NCBI GenBank assembly: GCA_977030845.1
Contig: OZ365109.1
Span: forward strand, 52,080,001-52,144,000
Length of the DNA: 64,000 bases
From: Fimbriosthenelais zetlandica
Lineage: Eukaryota
Direction: 5' to 3'
Shown: positions 27,901 to 42,512 of the stretch, one piece after another
Layout of the letters: each line of letters starts with the position of its first letter
Position numbering within the stretch: position 1 is the first letter of the stretch
Made by a program: the position numbers and the translations under genes
Notes under the pieces: generated by a model
What the model was told of the DNA's origin: nothing
Database searches by the model: none
The model's input: the letters and a program-made list of their open reading frames with translations, nothing else

Positions 27901-28982
27901 CTGAACAATTAGTGCTTTATTTTTTAAGCATTTTGCCTAAGACATGGAAATGATATTGACCAATGGCAATGCACAAGCATGCAACATTGATGTATTCTAA
28001 ATAGGAAAAATATAGTATATCGTACCTCTTGTTATATTCATTAGAATTAAGCCAATAAATAACATGAGATATTAGAGATGTTCCAGCATAGGCCTATACT
28101 GGGCCTAACCGTAGCTTCCCCACTTCAGCCAAGTTCGACCAATGATATGAGAATTTTATATACTACCCTCAATTCTGTCCAGCTGACAAGCTTTCATTAC
28201 ACGCTTATTGCACATTGAGAATGCCAGGATATCAGGAATATAACAAGGTATAACCGATGATGACAAACTACTTTCTAAGACAGCTGCCCCGTCCATAGCT
28301 CGCGGCCAATTCTTCATCACACACCCACCAACACCAACTCAAGACTAATTGACCCATAAATCGGACCAATCAAGGCTCAGGAGCAGGAAATAATGACCTC
28401 TGGCATCTCAGGCCTAATTCCTTGAAGTGTCTATACATTTCTTTAGGCTGGAGAAGTATTCCTTTGTCGGTAGGACCTTTATATATGAGCCACACGTGGG
28501 CCACCTGTGGGCTTTTTGTCCTTGCTAAAGGGTCTTTCATCATCAAAATGCCCTCAGGTAGAGGAAGCCCATGAGGGACAGGTTACAGAATGATTCAGTG
28601 GGGACCCAATGGTGGCACATTGACCCCCTGGATTAGCATCAATTAGCATAACATGAATGGATGTATCTCCAAGGGGTTTTTGCCATCCATTCATTGCACA
28701 AATCGTTAATTAATTGCCACCTCTGATGAATAATTGACATCTGACCATTACTCACACCTGGAAATCAAAGTCCAACTTATTACAAAACAATAGAGATAGT
28801 CCAAGCTGCGACATTTAGTCAATTCTTCTCCCATTTTGGCGAGGAAAAAGATCAACTCTTGATTTAGATTTTCAAACCTTCTGTCTTTGACTAAAATTAA
28901 GTCTAAGTGAAGAAAGAGGCAAACAAAGCTAATTTTGAAAAAAGTAACTTGTGAAAGAAACAAATAGATGCCATGGATCTTT

Positions 28983-29008
28983 GGGGGGGGGGGGGGGGGG
29001 GGGGGGGG
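28983..29008. repeat. Poly-G homopolymer (26 nt)
   Basis: Directly visible; the length may be unreliable in the assembly. Confidence 0.9.
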
Positions 29009-30869
29009 TTTAGGTTACATACCACGAAATTTACGTAAGTACTAAAAACTTAATATTTCTAGTTCGCGTCCATCTGTTGCCTTGTCGAACACCTAGCTCT
29101 TGGCAAACAAACTAATTGATCATAGCTTGGTGTGGGAAGGGATTAAGAGAACAGCTGTAGTCCTGACACCTTCAAATAACTCACCTTCCTATATATATGT
29201 TAGACAAACATTTCTACATTTAAGGCTGCCATGTTTCCCTCTGCCTTCTCAACCAGCATGCATCATTATGTACTTAGGTACATATTTGAAGTTGATACGA
29301 TAAAATAAAAAGGACATTGAAAATAATAATTATTACAATATATTCGGATGATTCATATAAATTATTTGGGAAAGTGAAATCAGACATTCGGTGGGAATTT
29401 GTCTGGTGTTGGAGAAGCTCATATTGGGCCTACAACCATGAACGGCCTAGCAATGATTGATGACAATAAATTCATGCATGGCCCAAGGCAAAACCTGGGG
29501 GCAAACCAGCCCATCACTCAAATGGTCTATTTTTTATTATTTCTAATTCAGTTCACAATGATATCAGCAACAACATGCATGTATAGTCAATGAGAATGAC
29601 TCTCCTCATGAACATTTTAAAAGTGCCAAAAGTTTGAGCGTAGAGATATAAAATTGGTATGATGGCATCTTCCCACTTGGTAAACAGTACATGGAAAGAG
29701 GAACAATAGACTGAAATGTTCAGGTACAAGCCTTATACTAAGACTCTTAATGTATACTCCCCTCCAACCTAAACATAAATCCACTTAATCCTACAACATT
29801 CACAACCATTCCATAAGGGTGAAGTGGCTGAGTCTGAGTCTTGGAGGCCTTGAGGCACAATAATGGAAATAGAAGTACAAGTTTGTTCAGTAGAAATCTG
29901 TCAAATACTACCACACGTACAAAAGTGCTTCAGCCTAACGGACGTCCCTTGAAATCTCAGTAAAGTAAATATGTATTGTGTAGTGTCCTTCTAGATTTTT
30001 CCTTTTTAGAGGGCAATTTCTGAGAGGTATAATCATAGATTTCTAGATGGACGACAAACTGTGAAATTTAGAATCGGAATGTTACGAAAAAGTAAATCAT
30101 GTACCGAATTAATGGAGGCTTGAGACGTTTTGGAAATAGTGGCTGGTCACTGCAGGGAGGCACTTTCCAACAGTGAATACTTGGGCATTAAAAGGGCTGT
30201 AGTAACCATGGTTACAGGTGAAAAGTTCAGGTCTCACAACAGTTAATATTTGAATTTATCGACAATCCTTCATACTGGGGATTCTGAGCTATATACCAAC
30301 ACAGTAAAAGGTCGTTCTTTATGAGGAATATCGGTGTAATACGAGCAGTGCCTACAGATCTTTTTACCACACTGAATACTTATGTACACTTGGGTTTCAA
30401 AAAGTGGTAGAGTCACAGAAAAAATAAGGTGGGAAGAACCTAATGTTGAACATTAATGCATCAGAGAAATAAGAAAAAAGTGTAGGCCTGTCGGTTGATC
30501 GTGATTAACGGGAATATGTCAAACATATTTTTGTTACTGTCAAGGCTTATGTTTTGGTGCCAATCAATGAGTCACTGATGAAAGTGGAATTAAACCCTGT
30601 TATAACGAAGCAACCCCTACCCCAATCTAACGACGCTAAATCACTGCTGGCATTTTGCTTGCGACTCTACTGCGACTAATATTATGCTAATTGTGTCGCA
30701 ATAAAATGATAAATTGTGGTCGAAGTTCGAAGGGTCCGAGCCCGTTCTCCACTCACTTACATTTTTCAGTGCGACACAAGCATCACCTTTAATTGTCGCA
30801 GGAGCGTCGCAAGTAAAATCGCAAGAGTGGATCCAAGTGCTGCAGGGTCAAAATGTTTGCTACACCATT

Positions 30870-31300
30870 TTGATATAGGCCTAAGAGTATAAGGAAGTAG
30901 CCCACCTGTCAATAAAACAATGTCCATTATATCGGTTGATGTGCATGTAGAACTGGGGGCAGCCATTTATGAAGTCATCCATCAAAACCTGGGAAGAAAT
31001 ACCAAGAAAGACATATTAGCAATGATACAATAAAGCTCTATAACGAAGACAGGTTTGGAGCTGCTTTTAAGGAAAGCCCAGTAAAAGCTGAAAGCACACA
31101 TTCCTAATTACTCAACGCTTACATGATATGTAGGCAAAGTAGGTGCAGCATATTTACCAAGTTACCAAACACACCTGGTAGACTGGAATTCATCAGGTAT
31201 TGTTTATTTTGTACACAGTCCGGCGTCAAAGTAAATGTTTGGTATATCAGACGGTTGAGCATGCCTGCCTTCTTCTATATCCAGCCTTTCCTTCGCTGTT
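30870..31300 (-). mobile_element. DIRS-like reverse transcriptase relic
   Basis: FLGISSQVLMDDFI (MDDF at 30971-30982) then, after a 1-nt frameshift, MAAPSSTC...LLTGGLLP. Upstream RLDIE...IYFD. Multiple stops. Confidence 0.3.
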
Positions 31301-34300
31301 CAAATACATTCTTTGACCATTTTAAATGCGCACCGAGGTCTCCCTACATTACAATACAATGTCATAGGTCCTCAAGAAGGCCTTCTTCAAAAAGGCCTTT
31401 TTCAAATCACATATATGTTGGAACTCATAAATAGGACACACGCACCTCGTTCGGCAGAGATTTCTCAACTGCCTCATTGGATAATATTTGTCCTATTGAA
31501 AACAAGGTTACCCCTGACTGGACGCCTCAAATTAGTAGCCAATCAAAGGCACCTTGAACAAACATTCCAATGCCGTTTCAATTGCCAATTCACCTGCACC
31601 ATCAATGTTTCACCATTTCAAGCAATGAAACACAAGGGCTGGGAGGCTAGCTCGACTATTGAAGCATGCACTTACAAAGGAAACCCATTTCAAGATGCAA
31701 GACTAACGACTGGAAAGCCCTTAACGAGCGAAGAAGCCCTTTTAAAGTGACCAACCTAGGTCATAGCTCAGCTTTTTATGTGTTCCACAAGATTCTGTGG
31801 CCTTTTCACTGGAAGTTCTCTGGCGTGGAGAGAAGCCATCTATTTGGAGAAGAGGGCGCCACAGGTGGGCTTTTCTTTCTCACCTGTGGCTTGATGGGGT
31901 CTGGATGGCAGCGCACCATCACTCTCCTGTCTCCCCCATTGTCCCACAAGATGGTACCCCCTCAAGAGCGCTCCCTGCTCGAGAAGTTGGTGGAAAAGAC
32001 TCGGTGGGACATAAATCCACTCTTGACAATGGGATCATGGTGTAAGGTATAAAAGGAGACCAGGTAATTTGTGACCATAGTTCTTTTGATCCGTGAAAGA
32101 AGTCAATAAAAGAAGAAATATGAAAGACACAAATGATTAAAAGCTCGGTTTAATTTGTTTTCTATCCATTAATCTTTTGAGCATGATGATAAAACATCTG
32201 AGATGGAATACTTAGTCTTTCTTTTAAAACTTCAATACAAATTCGAAACTTCGAATCTCCTCTGGCATATAATTGTGGTTTGCTTTATCAGAATTCATCC
32301 GATCGTTTTCTCATCCATATCAATTATATTTGCATGCATTTCTACTCTATAGGTTTATATACGATAGGCCATTTGGGAATTTTGATAGACGGGCATTCCC
32401 CTTCACTTCGGTTTTTCTTGATTGTGTATAATGGGCATTCAGAAAGCAAGAATATGAAAGAATTCAAATTCCTGAGGTGTTACTGCTGTACAAATAAACA
32501 CTTATTATTCGATCATGACTTTAGAATGAGAGCAATAATTTGTAGATTAAAGTGAACGTTAAAATTCCATTCAAAGTGCGTTCAAATTCCGTGATCAAGA
32601 ATACCGGATTTTATCCTGGAGTTTGATATTATTATCTCAAACTTTAATACACTTCAATCCTCTTTTCTAGCATTATCCATAATATATGAATACCATATAA
32701 TTATGTACCTTCATTCAAAATATGTTCTAACACTTAAGAAATATGACTATGGAGTACATAACCGCAAAATGTGGGCAGGCACGCACACAAATATATATGA
32801 GGGTCTGGATTTTCCTTAATTGCCTTTTTTCAAAAACGGATCATCAAAGCCTGAATTAGCAATGAGGTCCTGCTGTGAGTCAGTGATGTATGAATGGTGG
32901 GCTCACTGAGCCATTCTCTACCCCCACCTCTCCATCACTCACTACTGTCACCTCCTACCGGCCAGGATGAATACTATTGTTAACTGCCCTCATCCAATAA
33001 CCACTGGCCGGAACGTCATCCTCTTCATAAATCCCCACTCAAAATGGAGGAGGAAATTTTGAAAAGGGGAGCTCCTTTGGGAGCTTTTGTATCCATCAGT
33101 CTCTATGGATCCGAGTGGAGACTGGATTATGCCAAATACTTCTAATGCCCCAGAACGACTATATCTTCTGTTGATAAATATATTGACAATTTTTATGTGT
33201 AGCATATATAATATGGACAGATGCTTACAAATAATCTGTAAAATTCAAATATTTGTAGCCTAAATCGTATAGGATAAAAGGAAATGGATGAATCCCCTCA
33301 TATATGATGGATGAGTGAAAGGAATCTCACAGTGGGACAGGGGTTTAAGGGACGATGATGATCTGAAGTATCTTCACCTTCCCTCATCCTCTGGATCTTT
33401 GAGTGCATGTGGAAGTTATTTTCCCAAGCTCACACCAAGTGATCAACCTCTGTAGATTCTGGGTCATAAACAACCGATGTATTGTCATAGGGGCATAAAG
33501 AAACAGCCCACTGTGCCTACTGTCCACAGAACCCATTAATACCATCTAAACATTCCCTCAACCGCTGCACTGGAATGTCTTTTCCCAATGTTGACAGAGA
33601 TTTGCACCTCTGCCTATGATATGGGGGAGGATTTGAGCCAGGCTTTTCTGGTCTGGTAACAAAGAGGGTGTCATATTGTGGGGATATATGTTGGACCGGT
33701 GCTCCACACTTTAATTGGAAAAAATTCTTGATGTTTGTCCACAAACTTGGATATAATCTCGATTTCCTGTGGGTGCAATATAAAAGGAATATTATGGCTC
33801 AACCTTGCGGTTAACAATGATCTGGATATTTTAATTGGACCACCTGGAAGGTGTCCATATATTATGTTGTTGATATTGAGCAAAAACCAAAGTTCTTATA
33901 TTTAATATTCCTGGTGAAGGTCATGAGAAGTTTCTAAAACTAGGACTCCTACAATACAGGAGAGATTACTGAAATAATGAATTAATTAAAAACACAAAAA
34001 CTAAAATGCACATGGGGAGCAAACACCATTCAAAGATCAGTAAATATATCAAGGTGTTTAGAATTTGTCCCTTTGATATATGAAAGCACTTCATCATTTC
34101 ATCCCATCACAAGACCACACACCCCACGACATACCAACAAATCTTGTTTGGCCCAAAGAAAATTTTCATCCCACACAAAAGACAAGCATCATTTTTCCAC
34201 AGGCAGCTCCCATATTTTCAAACATTGACTGATACAGTTTTTGGCACGCTGCAGAACGTCTTGTTTCTGGTGGATAAATAGTGTTGAGAGGTTTCTTTGT

Positions 34301-37189
34301 TTAGCAGACAAATACTTAGTTGTAAAAGAGTTGACATGGTACCTGGGCGCATATATACTCCTGATTGCTGAGCACAGGGTAGAACATGCTCTTCACACAG
34401 TCTGGACGTGCCTCTCACGTCTTCCATTGGATCTACCTTTAAGAAGTATGTGTCCCTGAATAAACCCATCTGGATTTTTTCCTCTTCACAAATATTTTTG
34501 AAACAATGAAGTTCCCAGAGGGGACAGCCGTCCTCAGATGTGTAGGAGTAAAGCGTTTTAATGATATGGCTTTATATGAATACAATGCACATGTATTGGC
34601 AGCATTTCCATTTCGAAATTCTGTCATGAGTCCTTTGAAGTGGAAGCTGAAATGTGAAACCATTTCAGAACCACATTTTTCACAGAACTAGAAAAATGTT
34701 TGCTCATATAATTCTTTATTCAGTTCAGAGATGTGTTATCTGTAATCAACCGTTTAGATTACGAAATAAATCGCTAGACTGACCAAGTTGTGATAAGACG
34801 CTTCAGCAGAATATCCAGTTGAGGCCAAAGGCATCATTACTGGCATTCAGAAATGAGCCAAATGCCTGCTGTAAATGCGATGCAGTGCTCCAGGACCATC
34901 GGAGGAGATTTGGGTGGTGAGGCTGACTCCTAACATGAACTTGATCCCTTCTGGTCATCAGACATCAGAGAAAACCGGATCGGGAACTGTTGCTGAAATG
35001 GAACCAATTTTGGGTTTCCTTATGTTTTCAGTGATCAAAGATCTATGCCATTTAAAAAGACCTTGCTCAAATTGTCCGTTGCTCTTTTGGCTCATGTGGC
35101 TTAAAAAGGAGCTCCGGCTTTGGATCTGTGTGCATGGACACGCCATAAAATAAAAGGAAAAAGCAGGGCTCATGGCCAAAGTGAATCTCCGATTGACAAT
35201 CATTAGTAACCATTGGCATATACTGCACATAGTTCTACTCAGACAAGGTTCTAAATCAGATAAAATAATTACTGATTCAACATGAACCCTCCCAGCACGG
35301 TGACAAGGTCCCCTTTGATCTGAGCTTCGCGTTTTAAACGGTCGAAAGTTTCTCCCTGAAGAGTCACTCGGGAGTAACTCCATTTGAACCTATATAATAT
35401 ACATCCCCCTACATGTACATGCAAATTGCAGTTCTTATTCATAAAGGAAGTACCAGTTTTATCTGATTTGATCATTTTAACAGATACATGGGAACATGTT
35501 TGCTATTTACCAAGTCAAGTTTCATGGCACAAAGATGGATATTCAGGAACAAACTCTTTTTTGTCCAATTTAGGAATAAGAATAAAAGGACAGAGAGTGG
35601 CCCTCCTTCAGTCCTCTTTGTCATGACAGTGATGGGGGGATTCAGCATTTACCCATGTCAGACTATCTCAGTGACCAGTGAGTGTCCGTCTGCCTTTATC
35701 AACTGACCACCACTGACCACCTGTGTCCGGCCCGTCAGAAAAGCCCCTAAGGCCAAGTGCGTGACATGAATTCCCGTTAACCTTTGCCCATTGTGATCCA
35801 TTTTAAAGAGACAAATTTTTCTCCTCGACTCTCAGATCTGAAATCTGTTGCAGGACATTTGTCCTGGCTTGAGTTCATTTTTTATTCCTATACCGGACTA
35901 CATTATGACGTAATCCGCATGATGTAATCTATGTCTGAATGTAGTTCAACAAAGCCCATTATTAAATAACATAATTTTTCCAATATTGGTAAGTAAATTC
36001 CAATAGGCCTACACAGAGCAGTTTGGGTGATGATAGCAACATGAAATTGGGTAAAAATTGAGAGACCCCTTTGTGAATAACTCTCAAACTAAAATGGAAA
36101 ATGTCTGAGCGAGAAAACTTTTTATGTAGATTGACCTTCACATCCAAGAACACATTCTCGTCCATCACTTTAAAGCTAAAAGCAATCAATATCGCAAGTC
36201 TCGTGAGATTTCCTGAATGTCTTGGATAGTCTCGGCCGGTCTGATGGAAGATCTCGAGAATTCACCAGTATACTCATCTCATAGTCCTATATATGCAGCC
36301 ATTGATTCAGAAATGCATAGTTTCTTATAATCAGAGCTATGCCATTCATACAGGGTGCGTATCTGTTGACACTTCCTGTAAATATTTATAGGGATTGTAT
36401 ATATTTTATAATATATAATATGTGATAATATATGTCTTTGGTTATGGAGGGGCTACATGGTCCCTTTCCCTGCTATCGCTGGTTGCACTTCTGGGAGCCT
36501 TTTAGAACCTTCTATATGACTCAGACCCTCCTTCCCAAAACATGAAAAATCACACATTTTTCAGCATATCAATTACAAATAAAATACAATAATTATCTCA
36601 GGGGTATTGTTGAGTCTGTCATAATGAGATAATTAATCAGAAACCTAAGATGGGTGCGGGTCAAATAGGGCAGGGGCGCAGCACAACTGAGAGATCAGCT
36701 GCCGCTTAGCTATTGAATTCGCCTCCCCATTAATATTCATTTTACCTCTGAAACGCTATGAGTCGTCTGCCGATATTGGTTATAAATGAGTCTTTTAACA
36801 GCATGGTTTCTCCAAAGCACTAGAACAAAGGGAGTGAGTGGACAATAATTCTATACTTGGATTTTTTTTACTAGGCCTAAATGAAAAAAATCAGCGCTAT
36901 ATAATTACATAGAATATTATGTGTTTGGGTTCCATTTGGAAGTCTTTCCTTTTACACATATAATTTCGCCTAGTCAAAGTTATGGAATTCAAAATCCATG
37001 TCAGAATCAACGTTTTCATCTATATTCACTCATAGATATGAAGATATCTCTATTGGTTCAATGGGAAATTCCACGGTCGCGTCAAGGGGATTAACAAGGC
37101 CTTACCTGGCTTAACTAAGCATGGCAGGTATTTATTCCTAATAAATTAGATGGTAAACAGGAGTTACTGACAGTTCTAGGCATGTTCAT

Positions 37190-37280
37190 CCCTTATCATC
37201 GGCATACATGTGACGGGGTGGGCTGGTAGGGTGTTGCAGAAGGCACGTGTAGACAGCGTCCATGTTCAGGGGCACTCTGC
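37190..37280 (-). mobile_element. Non-LTR (RTE-like) reverse transcriptase relic
   Basis: LNMDAVYTCLLQHPTSPPRHMYADD; YADD at 37194-37205. Confidence 0.3.
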
Positions 37281-40200
37281 GGCTACCAGGTTACTCCAAT
37301 GCTTCCAAATCACAAGAAACTGAATTGATTATTTGAATTGAAAAAATACTTATTTTTTTGAATATGGGGATTGAAGGCCATACTATGGAGTATGGTAAGT
37401 AATTACTGGAAAATTGGGAATGGAAGAGGTGAAATAGACCTAGTGAAAATGGCATTTTTAAGACCTTTAAAACGAATTACTTGTGAATCAGTGCCCTGCC
37501 CCACGAACGCTGTCACTCACACCTGTTCCACACATTACCAGTCAGACCGCCGAAAGAAGCATATGAAAATAAACTCTTCATTTTTGCCTATCATCCTGTG
37601 CAAAGACATATATTCTTTAACAGATGATACATCAAAGGTCTTGGATGTCTTGCTGAAAAGAAGAGTCAAATAAAGTGATGTCAGGATTATAATACATGGC
37701 GGGAGCAACGCCTTAAAATTGGCAAGAATGCCAAGCAGCGGGTTTTTCTGTCTCGATCCCTCCCTCAAACACGGAAACAGAAGATGTAATGCACAGTTTT
37801 TTCCACCGAATGTGAACGATCCATGAGAGAAAATAATCGGGAAATTTAGAAGCTGAATCCGCAGGAAATTTGTAGGCCTATGTCAGAAAAATAATTGCAT
37901 TGATTGACAAGATATTGCATGCATTTCAAGCACCATATTTTCTTTTCTTTGTCACTTAATTGCTCTATCAGGTATCAGAAACACTTCATCTTTATTTGCT
38001 GAAACCATCGGTCAGTTGCGCAGTCCATCCATACTGCTACCTTTGACCCACCATTCGGCCACTTGAGGCCCACACAGGAAGTGGGTGTACACCTGAAACT
38101 CATCATATCTCACCCCGCCACAGGAAGTGCCAGGAAGGTCGGCATGTTTCGCGCATGCTTGCGTTATGTTTCACATGGGCAGGAAGTATCACTGAGACGG
38201 GTGTTCTCTGCCTCATATTGAAGTATGTCTTATATTAGAAACAATATGAAAAAAAAACACTATTGCCTTTAAAGAGATTGGGCATTTTCTCAAAGAAAGG
38301 CAATGCAACAGATCAAGGAAGGCAGCTGAGATTAGAAGCAGTGGGTATTTTTGTTTTTTTCTATGATATTGGACACTTACTTTCACTTGTTGCCACAAGA
38401 CTATTCCGACTGAACATTCCCAACTTTCCATAATAACTTTATGGTATTCACTTTAAACAATTCAAATGGTTTAAATATATTTCAAATTTATCTAGTTGTG
38501 AGTTAACCTGTAGTAATCTGCCCCACCTTCCATTCCATTCCAAATGCTGGCATTGGGGAGTGAAGTATAAAGGTGAAGAAGGGAAATCGACGATCTGAGA
38601 TATACCGTACCACATTATGTTAAATTATCAGTATCATATTCAGTACATCCATCATAGATCTGAACCTACCTCGAGACATCAATGCTGATTCATCACGCCA
38701 AATATTCCATAGTAATCACCTTGATAAAATACCGGTAGTCAAAACGCAACCTTCCTGCAATGTCATTTAGGTCAAAAGATATTCTTTTTATCAATTCAAT
38801 ATCTTCTCTCTTTTTAGTGTTACCATTCAAGTATTTTTTATAGCAATTATCTAAAATGTAGGCCTATTGTGACAGATAATTTATTATTTGTACGACATAA
38901 AATATATGTGCCATACAAATTATGATATGATATAGCCCTTACTAACCATAAAACTTGCCATAAAACTGGTCCTACAAAATGTTCAAAATAACATTAAAAA
39001 AGTGCCATAATGTAATTGGTCGTGAAGGGAAAGTAGAGCAACACAATAAAAATGACAATTGGTGGAACAAGAGCGAGGGACAATCTTCCATTAGATATAA
39101 AAGGAATTCCAGGTTGAGCTCCTCCAGGGGGCAATAAACACATTGGCATTAAAACAAAGCTTCAGGAATGGGCTTCATCAGTGAGAAAGGATGGAGGCTG
39201 TCAGAGGCGAGATGGATGGCTCGATGTACAAAGATTATCCCTCCATTTCGCTCCACGAACTTCATAATAGTTACACAACAAATACCCCCTCCTTCCCTCC
39301 ATCAGCATTTTCTATGGAGGAGGGCTTTGGTGCGATTTTGAGTGGCAGACAGATTTTCGGGAACATCGATATTTACTGTAAGGTCATAATATTAAGGGAG
39401 AATGATGGAGGACAGTTTGTTCTAAGTGTTATTTCGCTTTGCATTGCAATACTTTTATATGAACGATTTGAAGGGATAACACTTTATATTGGCCTTGTTA
39501 AATTATATAGCCCTTTACATAATTATTTAACGTTATACATGTATACAGTTTAAAATCTATCTATTGAGAGATCTATTTATTGAAATCTATTCGGGTCTAT
39601 TTGATACATAAACTTGTATACATGTATATGGGAATGGTTGATAATGATCCATCCCATAATAAAACTGTCCTTTCAGTTTCTGTTTGACGTCTTGTCAAGG
39701 AAGGTCGATCCTCCCTCCATTGGGATCAATTCCAGGATCAATATTAATATAAGCACCAAGATTTTCCATTATAGTGATCAGAGGAGTGAATGCAGTGAGT
39801 AGAAAATCAACCAGGGTCGATCTGAAGTGGATCCTGCAAGTTGAATGATGAAGATGGTGACTGAGAATGGGGATTCCTGGTGACATCTCATTCTACCGGA
39901 ATAATACAGCGCCATGATCAGAGGCGAGAAGTGATTGATTATGCCAGTGGGGATCAGCAGTGTATTTCTACAATAGTCACCGAAAAGACTCATTTGGCCA
40001 TAAAAGCATCCTTGACTTCCCCCATCACATGTGACAGAGAGAGCCCCTGAAATGATGGCACATTAATTCTGTCAATTTTGACTTAAAAGAAAGCTACAGG
40101 AAAACTTACATGGGAACCTCTTAACTCTTGAAATATCACTTATTTCGTCAGTGGATAGACACCGGACGAATGAAGCCTAGGAGGTGTACTATGCTGGTAA

Positions 40201-42317
40201 TAAATTCGAGACGAATAAGGTCTCCAAACTCTATCCACTTTAGTACACGTCAGTGACTTTTCAGTGCATGGAATATGAAGCATTGTTATCTAGACAACCA
40301 CCCAACCCGTATACTAATATTGTTCTGAATATATAGTTGAATGATTGTGTTTACTAGACTTAGACCTACATGTTATTCGTGTAATAGTCCAAGTGGATTA
40401 TTGAATGATTTCACTTAGGCCTAGTTTGGTGTTTCGAAATATTGTAGCCGAATTTATCAGGTACGAATATCTTTCCTTTCAAGTAATGATCAAATTCCAT
40501 TTTAATACATTTCAAATGTCAAGTTATATTAAGTACAACCAATCAGGAGAAATCACGCCTCACGTCTTCACGCTCCTATGTGGAAACATTGACTGATAAA
40601 TGGAAAAGGAATGTTCAAATGATTCTGGCAAGGTCAAGTCCGCGTTTCAGGAGGCACCACAAGGTCATATATGAGGCGAGGAGGCCAGTTCAAGGTCAGA
40701 AAGGTCAGATGACCGCTGATGTCCAGATTCTGAATCTCGACGTTGAAGGGATTACCACGGTGCACGGATCATAGTCAGGATATTACATATACACGTATAT
40801 AAATAGGTTTTTCAATATCCTACTGAGCCTTGAATAGCCTAAATGTGGTACCGTACTGAGATTTTTGGAATTTTTAATATTATGAGAATACTTAAATTTA
40901 TACCTCATTGTCTAAGGATGATTATTTCCAATTCACGTTTGTATTTTGAGTTAACTTCTAATTTTTCGTTTTGAAGAACGAAGATCTATGATAACTCATT
41001 ATTGTGAACTTTCCACATGCCTCATGTTAGATCAAAGGCCATCCCATGTGGGCACATGTGTATCTATTACTTCAGGCAGCTCCCTATGACGTTCCTAGCA
41101 ACTATAGTGATCTCCTAGGTAACGAACTGGTTAACTACCTGTGGATGGGTGGAGGGATATGATTCATGGCATGTATCCGGGTGATGGGAAAGGACAGAGG
41201 GCAGAAAATATGTCCAATCGAATACACCACCATATTTCATGTTGGTGTAGACCACCGCTATTAACACAATGTAAAGAATAGGCATATACTACCAAATTAG
41301 ACGAATATATCTATATCCAGTTGCCTACAGTCTATACCTTCCAGGGGAGGATCCAGAATTGGGTGAGGATGTGCGTGGGGTGGTGGTGGTGGTAGGGGGG
41401 GGGGGGGGTTGGAATGGTCAGAGCCCTCCTCTATTGGACATGATTATTTTAAAAGGTATTTTGGGGGGACCTCTAATTTCAAGAATAAAACGATGGCTAT
41501 TTTTATATTACTTATAGGCCTCTGAACTGAACCTATAAATCAAATTTTAAATATCACAGTTGCATAGAGATATAATATAAAATATCAATTTGATTGAGAC
41601 CTATTGTGTTTAGGAAAACATAAGAATAGAGCTTACAGCTCTATATAAATGTCTATCATTCATGGTTTGTGAATTCTATTCTCACTCTCATCGATCATTT
41701 CATTCAAACCACAACAACACACCTGCCTTCACGGACGCGGTCATCTAGTTCATTCACCAACTAAAACATTAATAACTTCTCAGTCCCATAAAAAATGGCC
41801 CAATGAAAAAGGTGTGAAGTTTAATTTTGCTCCAACAATGGCGCCATTTTTTTCAGATTTCGACATCGCAATGGGCCAAATGACGCCAATGCATGACACG
41901 AATTCATGAGGCAGAATGGAATGATTCGGAACAAGGGTATTATTTGGCAGCGGTTGGCAGGGCCTTAAATGGACTCATTCAAGCATTTTAATATGTTTTG
42001 GTGTATGAAATCAGAGGTGTTAAAGCGTGGCTGACTATCCGAATATCAGGGGTTTTTTAACACGGCGATCTGGTGCAGTTTGTAGGCCTAGATCCACTCA
42101 AAATCCAATCCATAGATCAGGTTGCCAGGTTTCCGAAACTAAAATTGTGAAAACGGGGGACTAAATTTTGGCAGAAACACTCTCAGTATCCATCCCACTC
42201 ATTCTCCATTCAGGACCGCTTGCATATAATTAGCCTACCCCCATCTATTCTATCCTACTTCCACTCACCCCAATTCAGTTAAATTATCGATATGTCAAAA
42301 AAAATAATCTCAACATT

Positions 42318-42512
42318 TCAACCCGATGCATTGACTGAACCTTGTTTAGCCGGCATGTAATTACTTGAAGTCCGACTAATTAGACTTAAGCCTAGCTCAT
42401 AACCAATTTGACACCCTCTTGACAGTGGAGAGTTTCCTACATCAATTTCGCAATTAACCCAAGACTCAGTCAAAAAGACTGACAGTTTCATTCTAGTAGA
42501 ATAGCCATGCAT
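42318..42512 (-). mobile_element. CR1/L2-like APE endonuclease relic
   Basis: VFLTESWVNCEID...IGYEL...SRTSS...KQGSV resembles LTETWLNxxI...GYxxxRxDR...GGGV. Confidence 0.35.

Noticed and set aside
35160-35240. GLMAKVNLR...HWHIL resembling DIRS RT
   Set aside because: Too short and degenerate to support a feature.
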